Shown here: positions 1 through 11,160 of the stretch, piece after piece | Position numbering within the stretch: the first letter of the stretch is position 1 | Layout: the number at the start of each line of letters is the position of its first letter | Origin: Mobula hypostoma | Taxonomy: Eukaryota | Direction: 5' to 3' | Assembly (NCBI RefSeq): GCF_963921235.1 | Contig: NC_086097.1 | Span: forward strand, 204,230,001 to 204,294,000 | Length of the DNA stretch: 64,000 nucleotides | Notes under the pieces: model-generated | Seen by the model: the letters and a program-made list of their open reading frames with translations, nothing else | The model's database searches: none | What the model was told of the DNA's origin: nothing | Program-made: the position numbers and the translations under genes

Positions 1-54
1 CACTGTGATGCATCCCCAGAGAAGAAGCAGTCCAGCTATGAGAGTGCAGCCAAA

Positions 55-290
55 GTCATACAGTAGTCCCGCACAAAAACAGGCCCTTCTGTCCATCTAG
101 TCCATTCCGAAACCATTTAAACTGCCTACTCCCAATGACCTGCACAGGGACCATAGCCCTCCATGTCCCTACTATTTATGTACCTATGCAAACTTCTCTT
201 AAACATTGAAATGGAGCTTGCATTGACCACTTGCGTTGGCAGCTCATTCCACACTCTCACGACGATCCGAGTGAAGTTTCCCCTCATTCC
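55..290 (-). mobile_element. CR1 LINE 3' end fragment
   Basis: Resembles the CR1 3' ends at 53876-54100 and 56800-57050 (aacaggccctt...gacctgcac...ggcagctcattcca). Confidence 0.6.
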
Positions 291-412
291 TACAGAATGT
301 CTCATTTCTCTATTATTATAACCTTAGAAGAATTACACTTGAAAAGTTATTGTTCATCAGAGACGTCCAGGTATAAAGTGGTGTCACTGAAGTCTTTGGA
401 GATGGACATGAC

Positions 413-1698
413 TGTCACAATGGTGGGGCATTGGGAGCAAGGGTGGACCAAAATGCAAGACACATCTTGTGAGGTTAATTAAATTTAGTTTATTGTTCGA
501 TACCAGGAGAGCAAGGCAGAAGCAGGAATCGCGAACTGGACAAGGACTCAGGACTACGACTAGGCTGGGACCAAGGGTCTGGGCTAGGACTCGAAATTGG
601 ATCCCAGTAGAGGAGACATGAAGAGGCTAGGGTATGGACTCCGAGCCCGAAACTGGGCAAGGACCCAGTACCTGGGTCTTGCCCCGGGCTCGGACCCCAG
701 AACCAGGCATGGACATGACATGGGCTAGGGAGAGGAGGAACATGGAAAAACAGAGCCTCGGTCTCGGAAGAGCAGGTACATGGAACCCTGGACACATACA
801 CAGAACAGAGAGCTGGGACCCCTCCTTGGGTACAGGACATAGGGCTGGGACTCACGACCCCCCGTGGGGCAACGGTAAGATGGCCAGACTTACCCCACGG
901 AGGCGAGGACAAGACAAGACCAACACGAATGAACACCAGACAGTACCTATCTAGCTCCAGCGATAGAACTAGACCGAAGTGCAGGCGAGGGCTGCAGACG
1001 AGGGCTAGGGGCGAGAGGGGCAGAGAAGGGATTCAGACAAGGGGGTAGGACAGGAATCACAGACCGCCAGGGCCAGGACTTGGCTCAGAACTTGGATGCC
1101 GCCAGGGCCAGGACTTGACTCAGAACTTGGAAGCTGCCAGGGCCAGGACTCGACTCGGAACCTAGATGCCGCCAGGGCCAGGACTTGACTCGGAACTTGG
1201 ATGCCGCCAGGGCCAGGACTTGACTTGGTACTTGAATGCCCCCGGAGCCGGGACTTGACTTGGAGCCTCCAGGTAGTGGCGAACTCTCGACTCGGCCCGG
1301 GAACAGTAGACAGCGGTTCCTGATTCCCTCTGGCGGGTTAACTGACGGACTCACCTCGGTGAGCAAACTTTGCAGGCTCACTTTGGCAAGGTAACTTGAC
1401 AGGGTTGCTCCGGTGAGGAAAGGCGAATTACCGGCACTCGCTTTGGGCAGAGACTAGGCTTGCTCCGGCCAGATGACATTGGCACGCCGTACCTTTGGTG
1501 ACTTTGCTGACGCTCTCGCGCCGAACGGCTGAAAGCCGGAGACTATAAACTACCGGTTCAGTCGAGAGTAAATTGCCTCCAATCACCAAAGTCGAGGGAC
1601 ACGGGAAAACAGGGAACCAAAGGGAAACAGGGAGTCAATGGTCCGGATCGTAACATAAACAAAATAAATTTAAAGGGACCCTGATCCGGACCATGACA
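413..1698 (-). mobile_element. Solo LTR (1286 bp) of an LTR retrotransposon
   Basis: Inverted termini TGTCA (413) and TGACA (1694-1698); exact 5-bp TSD ATGAC at 408-412 and 1699-1703; minus-strand AATAAA near 490; no coding domains. Confidence 0.75.
1064..1268. repeat. 35-bp minisatellite inside the solo LTR (5 full units plus a partial one)
   Basis: Unit ccgccagggccaggacttgactcggaacttggatg starts at 1064, 1099, 1134, 1169 and 1204, with a degenerate sixth copy. Confidence 0.9.
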
Positions 1699-3629
1699 AT
1701 GACAGTCCCATGTGGTCCATGGTCCCTGGTAGCAATGCTTATCCTGATGCATCTTGTAGTGAGTGTTGTCAGTGGCATCACTACTGAGGCTGTCGTTGAA
1801 AGATTAGCTCAGCAGCTAAAAGCTGCAGCAAACATTCCCGGCTAGTTTGGAATCTGGGAAGTGTTTGAGCAAACTGCAGTTCTGAATCTCTGGGTGAGAT
1901 TTCCTGACACCAGCAAAATGTTCCAGATTAAACAAGTGTGCAGTTCTCCTGAAATCATTCTATGTCAGTCTCTGTGGAGCTTTGACCTCCAATTTACAAC
2001 AGCACAGATTGAGATATGCACTGAATGACAGCTGATGTCATTAGGTGCCTGTTTGACATTGGACCGCAAATTGAAGAGCATGATGCAATTTTGTATTCGG
2101 CACAATTTCACCCAGAAATAATGTTTATTGCAATTACTTCAGAACAAAAAAATAATTCTAAGTTGCATTATGCTGAAGAAAACAATGTTCTGCAATGCAG
2201 TTTCCAGGCAGGATTTTTTGAATGATCATGAAATAAAGTTTTACTAATCAAGATAAATGACGATCTCAATCCTGAAAGTTCACCATAAACCTCCAATCAG
2301 TCCAAAGAAACAAAAGAGAAAATTCGTTGGCAAACTTCTGTCACACAAAAACAAAAGGCAGCAAGAGCCAAGATACTATAACCTGGAATACACAGTAAGC
2401 GTAAAGGCAGAGAGGCCACAGGTGACATCATAAACATTGTGCTTGCAATCCAAAAGGGACTCAAAGCAAAAAGCAGCAGGTACTGGAAATCTGAAATAAA
2501 AGTAAAAATGCTGGAAATAGCACATGAAGCATGATTTATTGGAGGGAGAAGGAGAGTTAATGTTTGAAACTGTGAGTCTTTCTTTCCAGAAAAGGAACAG
2601 TACTGCATGCTTCTTACTGCCAGCTTCCCACAGATTAGGCTTGGTATATCGCTTCTGGTACTGGGAAATTAGCTTGGATTCTTAACCCTAGTTAACACAC
2701 TTGGATTTCATGATGCTGTTAGATGTAAAGAGAGACATTTGGCTGATAAAGAAGCAAAGGAATAACTGCCAGGAAATATTTGTCTTTGATACTGTGAATT
2801 TCACTCCATGGCAATAAAAAAAGAGCAGAGATATCTTCACAGCTATCATGGGATTTAGAGAGTATGGCTTTAAGTGTTTCTGTAGGAGACTCAGTGGGGA
2901 TAACTCACTTACTAAGAACAGCTGATAACAGCAACATCAAGTTGCCTTTTTTTTACTGATTTGGGTATTACTGCTAATAGGAGCCTGGAAAAATCAGAAT
3001 TTTCACAAATCTATATCAAATGGGTAAATGTAACTACTGTTTAGGAGATCCCATAGAAATTTACAAGGGTTTCGAGGCTTTAATTTTTCCACTAGATTCA
3101 GCAAGTCAGTGCTACTAATTAGATATAACAGCACCACAGTACACATAACAGGCAATTGTATCTTCCAGCTCTGTATTCTGAAAATGGGGAATATCTGAAT
3201 AAATAAATGAAAAAAAAATGGTAAGAGTGTATTTTTAATAGAAAGTGCTACTTATATCAAATTACTATGAAAAAGTTATACTTTAAAAAAATCCCTTGAG
3301 AAAAGATCTTACTTTCACTATTTTGATGTATTTTTGGTGTTCGCATATATTGGTATTCAAGTAACAACCATGTTCGTGGCAGATTGTCCCTGAGGAAAGG
3401 GATCTGGCAATCTGCGATTTCAGCAGAAGCATTCAGTGCCAGTGGAACAGCTTCCAGAAAGAAAGAAAACCTGTTACAAGTTTTATGTTTGCACGGAGTA
3501 AGGTAAGGCCTGAGTCGATGTAGTAGTAGTAGAGGAAAGTAAAGAAGGTACGTCAGAGTTCTCTACCAAAGGAGGTGGAAAGTATTCTTTCCTTCTGCTG
3601 GCATGCAGGTCACCAGGGTTGGTGGCAAA

Positions 3630-3945
3630 CTCTGGATGTTCACAAAAATGATTCCAGGATTGAATGGCTTGCCATATGAAGAGTGCTGGATGCCTCTGGG
3701 CCTGTATTCAGTAGATTCCAGAAGGATGAGGGGTGACCTCATTGAAACCTATCGAACGGTGAAAGGCCTCGATAGAGTGGATGTGGAGAGGATGTTTCCT
3801 ATGGCGGGAGAGTCAAAGACCAGAGGACACAGCCTCAGAATAAATGGGTGTCTGAGAGTAAAGTGGTGATTCTGTGGAATTCTTTGCCACAGGCAGCTAT
3901 GGAAGCCAAGTCTTTTCGTATATCTAAGGCAGAGGTTGCTAGCTT
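3630..3945 (+). mobile_element. CR1 LINE ORF2 C-terminal fragment
   Basis: ORF 3603-3869 encodes ...RRMRGDLIETYRTVKGLDRVDVERMFP...TRGHSLRI, typical of the CR1 ORF2 C-terminus. Confidence 0.8.
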
Positions 3946-4204
3946 CCACTAAGTACAGGCATTTAGAAATTACCCGCAGGTGGCCCCCGCTGCTCTCATT
4001 CGCTTTGCATGTAACATCCACTCAGTGGCCAGTGTCAGAGGAGCTTTCCAGTAGCTCATGCGCAGCACAGGAATACAACTTCACACCAGTACAAGCTCAG
4101 CCATTACTGATCGCGGCCTATGGACAGCACAGCAGGGTAAAAGCACTTCATGTTGATTGTGAGTTCTAAATTCAGTTCTCAATCTCAGCTAGGCATCTCA
4201 TCCT

Positions 4205-5230
4205 ACTCTTTCCCTCACTGGCACATGGCACAGGTAGATTGCCACTTTGGAGGTCCTGCTTTTCAGCTTCCTACCTAGCTCCCTAAATTCTCTCTTCAGG
4301 ACCTCCTCCCTTTTCCTATCTTTTTCCTTGGTGCCAGTATGTACCAAGACTTCTGGCTGCTCACCCCCCACCCCCCCTTAGAATGTTGTGGACCCGATCT
4401 GAGATGTCCCTTATCCTGGCACATGGGAGGCAACATACCATCCAGGTGTCTCTATTGCATCCACAGAATCTCATATCTACTCCTCTAAGTACAAAATCCC
4501 TTATCACTACTACAGTCCTCTTCTTCCCCCTTGCCTTCTGAGCCACAGCACCAGACTAGGTTCTAGAGACTCGGTCGCTGAGGTGCCCCCTGCCCCCCTC
4601 CCACACCCCCCCCCCAGGTAGGCTGCCCCCTGAACGTATCCAAAATGGTGTTCTTATTTTTGAGGGGAATCGCCACGGGGTATTCTGTACTGGCTGCCCA
4701 TTTCCTTTCCCTCTCCTGACAGTCACCCATTTTCCTGCCTCCTGCAACTTAGAAGTGACTACCTCCCTGTAGCTCCTATCTATCATCCCCTCAGATTCCC
4801 GTATGAGTTGATCAGCTCCAGTTCCTTAACATAATTTCTGAGGAGCTGAAGCTCAGTGCACCTGGTGCAGATGTGGTTATCAGGGAGGCTGAAGGTCTCC
4901 CAGAATTCCCACATCTCACACATAGAACTCAACTCAGCCCCTGGCAACATTCTCACTGCTATAACTGTGCCCTAACAGATGAAAAATGAAGAAGCAGAAA
5001 TGTATCAGATACTTACCTTGGCCAAGCCAAATGAGCCAAAGCCTCCCCACTCAACACTGGTCCACTCACACAATGGCTGCTCCACTGGTCTCTGCCTTAT
5101 TTTTGTTTGCCTTTGCTAATTCATGAGGCCTCCTGCACTGCCAAAATCCTGTAAAAACTCCTTTATTATAATCTCTCACTCTCTGACTTACGTGAGGCTT
5201 CCAGCACCGATTCGACTGTTACTGTGCTGC
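4205..5230 (-). mobile_element. CR1 LINE 5' part (5'UTR plus degenerate ORF1)
   Basis: Minus-strand peptides IDRSYREVVT..WVTVRRGKG and VVIRDFVLRGVDMRFCG..MVCCLPCARIRD match the ORF1 at 62259. Confidence 0.75.
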
Positions 5231-5794
5231 TGTCATTCAAAGCAAGTAGCCCTCAGTCCATAGAAATGAGGGTAATCTAGGCTAATATGTAATGAATTCA
5301 CATAAAGTTTCCTACTCCATGTAATAGATTCTGGCACCAGAGAACATTCAATCCTGCCATCAGCAGCCTGACAAGTCGTAACCCATTACAGATTTAAAAT
5401 AGCAATACTAGTGAACTCTTACAGATTATACAAAGGCTTATTGTGATGACATATGTAGGCTAGTACAGTGTGATACCTGAACATCATGCCATCATGCCAT
5501 CCCTCACTTTTGTTTGAAGAATCACAAATGGTTAGAGCCAAATATGTTAGCTTGAAGCATTTTTTTTTTGGTTCATCTCCAAAGCTTAATTTCTTTTAGA
5601 AGATTTGTGGGAGCACTGGGTCCTGAGTGTCACTATCAAACCATGACATTAGGTTTGGAATAGTATCAGTTGAAATGCCAGATGTACTGCATTGTTAGAG
5701 AATGGAAATTTTCAACAAAATCAAAAGGCTATTGATTGTATTTATTGATCTAGTAAAATAATAACCATTTTCACCTGCTGCCAAAGCTTACGTC

Positions 5795-6075
5795 TATTTA
5801 GAATGGAGATGAGGAGGAATTTCTTTAGACATAGGGTGGTGAATCTGTGGAATTCATTGCCACAGGTGGCTATGGAGGCCAGGTCATTGGGTACATTTAA
5901 GGCAGAGGTTGATAGGTTTTTGATTAGTCAGGGCATGAAAGGTTGTGACGAGAGGGCAGGAGAACGGGTTTGAGAGGGAAATGGATCTGCCATGATGAAA
6001 TGGCAGAGCACATTTGATGAGCTGAATGCCCAAATTCTGTTCTTCTGTTTTATGGTCTTATGGTCATATGGTCTA
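5795..6075 (+). mobile_element. CR1 LINE 3' end
   Basis: gaatttctttagacatagggtggtgaatctgtggaattc (FF..RVVNLWN) followed by a (tcttatgg)-like tail at about 6050-6075. Confidence 0.8.
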
Positions 6076-8700
6076 TCCCAATGAATCAGAAGAAGATTCT
6101 TAAGTATCCTTCTGACATAATTGTGTGGCCCTGGTATGTTGTATTACTCTCATTCTAAAAATCCATTAATGACCTTGACTAGATGTCCTTCAGTTCACTT
6201 TCTGATGACTATTTGTATGATCTGTAAATATGGAGAGTAATTTTTGATGAAGTATTCAGCTTCTGAGATTCATTAAAGTTCTACTAGCGGTTAAACTAGA
6301 AAGTATATACAAGGATGAATAACATCATATTCTTACAAGGTAGGTTCATGGTAACAAATCAACTTTATCTGCTAGATACTGGATTGGAGGTTTTATATTT
6401 TTGAATGCACGCAGTATATGGAATAAAATAGATGATCTTGTAGCACAGTTAGAGATTGGTAGGTACGATGTTGTAGGTACCACTGAGTCATGGCTAAAAT
6501 AAGGTTACAGTTGGGAGCTTAACATCCAAGGAAACACATTGTATCAAAAGGATCGGCAGGTAGGCAGAGGGGTTGGTGTGGCTCTGTAGGTAAAAATGAA
6601 ATGAAATTATTAGAAAGAGGTGGCATAGTATTGAAAGATCCTTGTGGGTACAGTTAAGAAGACCCTGATGGGTGTTATATACAGGCCTCAGAACATTTGC
6701 CAGGATTTGGGCTACAAATGACAATGGGAGATAGAAAAGGCTTGTTCAAAGGGTGATGTTACGATAGCTATGGGGGATTGCAATATGCAGATAAATTGGG
6801 AAAATCAGGAATGTGCTGGATCCCAAGAGAGAGAATTTGTAGAATGCCTACAGGATGGTTCTTTTAGAGTAGCTTGTGGTTGAGCAGACTAGGGGAAAGG
6901 CAATTTTGGATTTGGCAGTGTATAATAAACCAGATTTGATTAGGTAGCTTAAGGTGAAGAAACCCTTCGGAGACAGTGACCCTAATATGATAGAATTTAC
7001 CCTCCAATTTGAGAGTTAGAAGCTAAAATCAGATGGATCAGTATTACAGTGGAGTAAAAGGAATTAGAGATGTGAGAGAAGAGCTGGCCAAAGTTAATTG
7101 GAAGGGGACACCAGCAGAAATGATGGAGTTTCTGGGAGCAATTCAGAAGTGACAGGATAGACACATAGAAACATAGAAATCTCCAGCACATTACAACCCT
7201 TTGGCCCACAATGTTTTGCCGACCGTATAACCTACTTGAGAAGCTGCCTTGAATTACCCTGCTGCATAGCCCTCTACTTTTATAAGTTCCATCTACCTAT
7301 CTAAGAGTCTCTTAAAATACCCTGTTGTATCTGCCTCCTCCACTGTCACTGGCAGTGCATTCCAATCTCTGTGTGAAAAACTTATTCCTGACATCCCTTC
7401 TGTTCCTACTTCCAAGCTCCTTAAAACTATGCCTCCTCATGTTAGCCATTTCAACCCTGGGCTATCCACATGATCAATGCCTCTCATCATTTTATACACC
7501 TCTATCAGATCACCTCTCATCCTCTGTGGCTCCAAGGAGAAAAGGCCAAGTTCATTCAACCTATTCTCATAAGGTACGCTCTCCAATCCAGGGAATATCC
7601 TTGCAAATTTCCTCTGCACTCTTTCTATAGTAGGCATAACCTTCCTGTAGTGAGGTGACCAGAACTGAATACAGTACTCCAAGTGGGGTCTGACCAAGGT
7701 TCTTATAGAGCTGTAACATTACCTCACAGCTCTTGAACTCAATCCCATGGTTAATGAATGACAACACACCCAACACTTTCTTAACAATACTGTCAACTTT
7801 GAGTGTCCTATGGACATGGACCCCAAGATCTCTCTGATCCTCCACACTGCCAAGAGTCTGACAATTAATACTATATTTTGTCTTCAAATTTAACCTACTG
7901 AAATGAACCACTTCACACTTACCTGGGTTGAACTCCATCTGCCACTTCTCAGTCCAGTTCTGCATCCTATCGTTGTCCCACTGTAACCTCTGACAACCCT
8001 CCAGACTATACACAACACTTCCAACTTTTATGTCATTAGTAAACTTACTAACTCACCCTTCAACTTCCTCATCCAGGTCATTTATAACAATCACATAGAG
8101 GAGGGGTCCCAGAAAAGATCCCTGCACAACACCACTGGTCATCGACTTCCATGTCGAATACGAAACATCTACAACCACCCTTTGCCTTCTGTGGGCAAGC
8201 CAATTCTGGATCCACAAAGCAAGGTCTCCTTGGATCCCATGCATCTTTACTTTCTGAATGAGCCTTGCATGGTGAACCTTATCAACTGCCTTATTGAAAT
8301 CTATATACACTACATCCACTGCTCTACCTTCATCAATGTGTTTTGTTAATCTTCAAAGAATTCAATCAGGCTCGTAAAGCATGACCTGCCCTTGACAAAG
8401 CCATGCTGACTATCCCTAATTAGATATGTGTCTCCAAGCGTTCATAAATCCTGCTTCTCTGGATCTGCTCCAACAACTTGTCCACCACTGAAGTAAGACT
8501 CACTGGTCTATAATTTCTTGGGTCATCTCTAATGCCTTTCTTGAATAAGGGAACAACATTTGCAATCCTCCAGTCCTGCAGTACTTCTCCTATCCCCATC
8601 GATGATGCAAAGGTCATCACCAGAGGCTCAGCAATCTCCTCCCTCACTTTCCACAGTAGCTTGGGGTATATCTCGTCTGGTCCTGGCGACTTATCTAACT

Positions 8701-8938
8701 CTCGGATCCTCTCGTATCCCCTTTTGCCTATCACCTGTCCAGCTCTTGGCTCGATCCCTCCCCCTCCTGTCTTCTCCTATCATTTTGCATCTCCCCCTCC
8801 CCCTCCAGTTTTCAAATCCCTTACTCACTCTTCCTTCAGTTAGTCCTGACGAAGGGTCTCGGCCTGAAACGTCGACTGCGCCTCTTTCTATAGATGCTGC
8901 TTGGCCTGCTGCGTTCACCAGCAACTTTGATGTATGTT
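8701..8938 (+). mobile_element. Penelope-like element terminal-repeat fragment inserted in CR1 B
   Basis: 12-bp TSD acttatctaact at 8689-8700 and 8939-8950; related to the 3' region of the GIY-YIG element at 19832-20190. Confidence 0.8.
8841..8878 (+). ncRNA. Minimal type I hammerhead ribozyme motif (Penelope-associated)
   Basis: tagtc-CTGACGA-agggtctcggcct-GAAA-c-GTC-gactg: both core boxes present, stem I agtc/gact, predicted cleavage after C8873. Confidence 0.7.
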
Positions 8939-11160
8939 ACTTATCTAACTTAATGCTTTTCAAAAGCTCCAGCACATCCTCTTTCTTAAAGTTTATATGC
9001 TCAAGCATTTCAGTCCCCTGCAAGTCAACCCCACAATTGCTAAGGTGCTTTTCCCTGGTGAATACTGAAACAAAGTATTCATTAAGTACTTCTGCTACCT
9101 CCTCTGACTCCATAAACACGTTTCCACTATCACACCTGATTGGTCCTACTCTCACACGGCTCATCCTCTTGCTCTTCACATACTTGTGGAATGCCTTGGG
9201 GTTTTCCTTAATCCTGCTCACTAAGGACTTCTCATGGCCCCTTCTAGCTCTTCTAATTTCATTCTTAAGCTCCTTCCTAGCAACCTTGTAAATTACTAGA
9301 ACTCTACAAGTACTCAGTTTCTTGAACCTTTCGTAAGCTTTTCTTTTCTTCTTAACTCGATTTTCCACGTCCTTTGTACACAATGGTTCTTTTACCCTGC
9401 CATCCTTTCCCTGTCTCAATGGCACATACCTAAGTAGAACACTGTGCAAATGCTTGCTGAACATTTGTCACATTTCTGCCATGCATTTCCTGGAGAACAT
9501 CTGCTCACAATTTACGCTGCCAAGTTCCTGCCTAACAACATCATATTTCCTCCTACCCCAGTTAAATGTTTTCTGAAATTATCTGCTCCTATCCCTCTCC
9601 AGCGCTATGGTAAAGGAGATAGAGTTGTGGTCACTACCTCCAAAATGCTCTCCCACCGAGAGATCTGACAGCTGACCAGGTTCATTTCCCAACCTAGATC
9701 AAGTACAGCCTCTCCTTGAGTTGGCTCATCTACATATTGCATCAGGAAATCTTTCTGAACACACCTAACAAACCCCACCCCATCTAAACCCCTTGCTCTA
9801 AAGAGATGCCAGTCAGTATTAGGAAAGTTAAAATCACCCATCACAGCAACCTTATTATTATTGCACCATTCTAGAACCTGCCTCCCTATCTGCTCCTCGA
9901 TGTCTCTGTTACTATTGAACATCCCAAAGGAGTATTCCAAAGGCAGGATGATGCAACCGTGGCTGACAGGAGAAGTCAAAGTCAAAGAAAGGGCATATGA
10001 TAAAGCAAAATTAGTGGGATGTTAGAGGATTGGGAAACTTAAAAACCAAATAGAAGGCAACTTAAGAAGTCATGCAGGGGGATTAATGAAATACGAAGAT
10101 ATGCTGCCAATAATATTAAAGAGGATACAAAAGGTTTTTTGAGATATATAAAGATTAAAAGAATGGCGAGAATAAATATCGGACTGCTGGAAAATGATGC
10201 TTAGGAGGACAAGGAAATGGCAAACAAAGTCAAAAAGTATTTTGCATCAGTCTTCACGGTGGAAGACAATAGCAGTATGCCGGAAGTTCGAGTTTCAGGT
10301 GCAGAAATGAGGGCACTAACTATTACTAGGAAGAAGGAGCTTGGGAAACTGAAAGGCCTGAAAGTAGATAAGCAATCTGGACAGTTGGACTACATCCCAA
10401 GGTCCTGAAAGAGGTGGATGAGGAGATTGTGGAAGCATTTGTAATGATTTTTCAATAATCACTAGATTCTGGAATGGTTCTGGAGGATGAGAAAATTGCA
10501 AATATTACTCCACTCTTCAAGCAGGGAGGAAGGTGGAAGAAAGGACATTATAAGCCAGTTAGACTGACCTCAGTGGTTGGAAGGATGTTGGAGTCGATTA
10601 TTAAGGATGTGGTGTCGAGGTTAAAATAGGCCAAAGACATCATGGTTTCCTTAAGGGAAAATCTTGCCTGACAAACCTGTTAGAATTCTTTAGGGAACTA
10701 ACAAGCGGGATAGTCAAAGGAGAATTGGTGGATGTTGTGTACCTGGATTTTCAGAAGGCGTTTGAAAAGAGGCCACACATGACACTGCTCAACAAGATAA
10801 AAGCCCACAGTATTACAGGAAGCAAAGAGTGGGAATTAGGGAGCCCTTTCTGATTGGCTTCTAGTGACTAGTGTTGTTCCACAGATGTCTGTGTTGGGAC
10901 CACTTCTTTTTACATTGTATATAAATGGTTTGGATGACAGAATTGTTAGTTTTCTGGCCAAGTTTGTGGACAATATGAAGATAGGTGGAGGTGCAGGTAG
11001 GCTTCAAAAGGACAAACAGATTAGGAGAATGGGCAAAGAAATGGCAAATGGAATACGGTATCAGGAAGTGCATGGTCGTGCACTTTACTCGAAGGAATAA
11101 AAGCAGAGAATATTTTCTCAATGGAGAGAAAATTCAGAAGTCCGAGGTGCAAAGGGTCTT

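Larger units (their letters stand above)
7163..9918 (-). mobile_element. CR1 LINE B (5'-truncated ORF2, APE to RT) inserted antisense into CR1 A
   Basis: Minus-strand ORFs with MGDFNFPN, NYRPVSLTSVV, SGVVQGSFLGPLL, RPHLEYCIQFWSP; atagaaacatagaaa tail at about 7165. Confidence 0.85.

Noticed and set aside
490..954. Overlapping 148-aa and 106-aa ORFs
   Set aside because: Low-complexity products of GC-rich LTR sequence with no recognisable motifs.
1064..1268. Regular 35-bp repeats resembling a CRISPR array
   Set aside because: Head-to-tail tandem units with no unique spacers, inside a eukaryotic LTR, and no cas genes.
8560..9291. 243-aa plus-strand ORF
   Set aside because: Antisense shadow of CR1 ORF2 running through the Penelope insert; the same SPDEGSRPETST peptide at 30130 is simply the hammerhead sequence translated.
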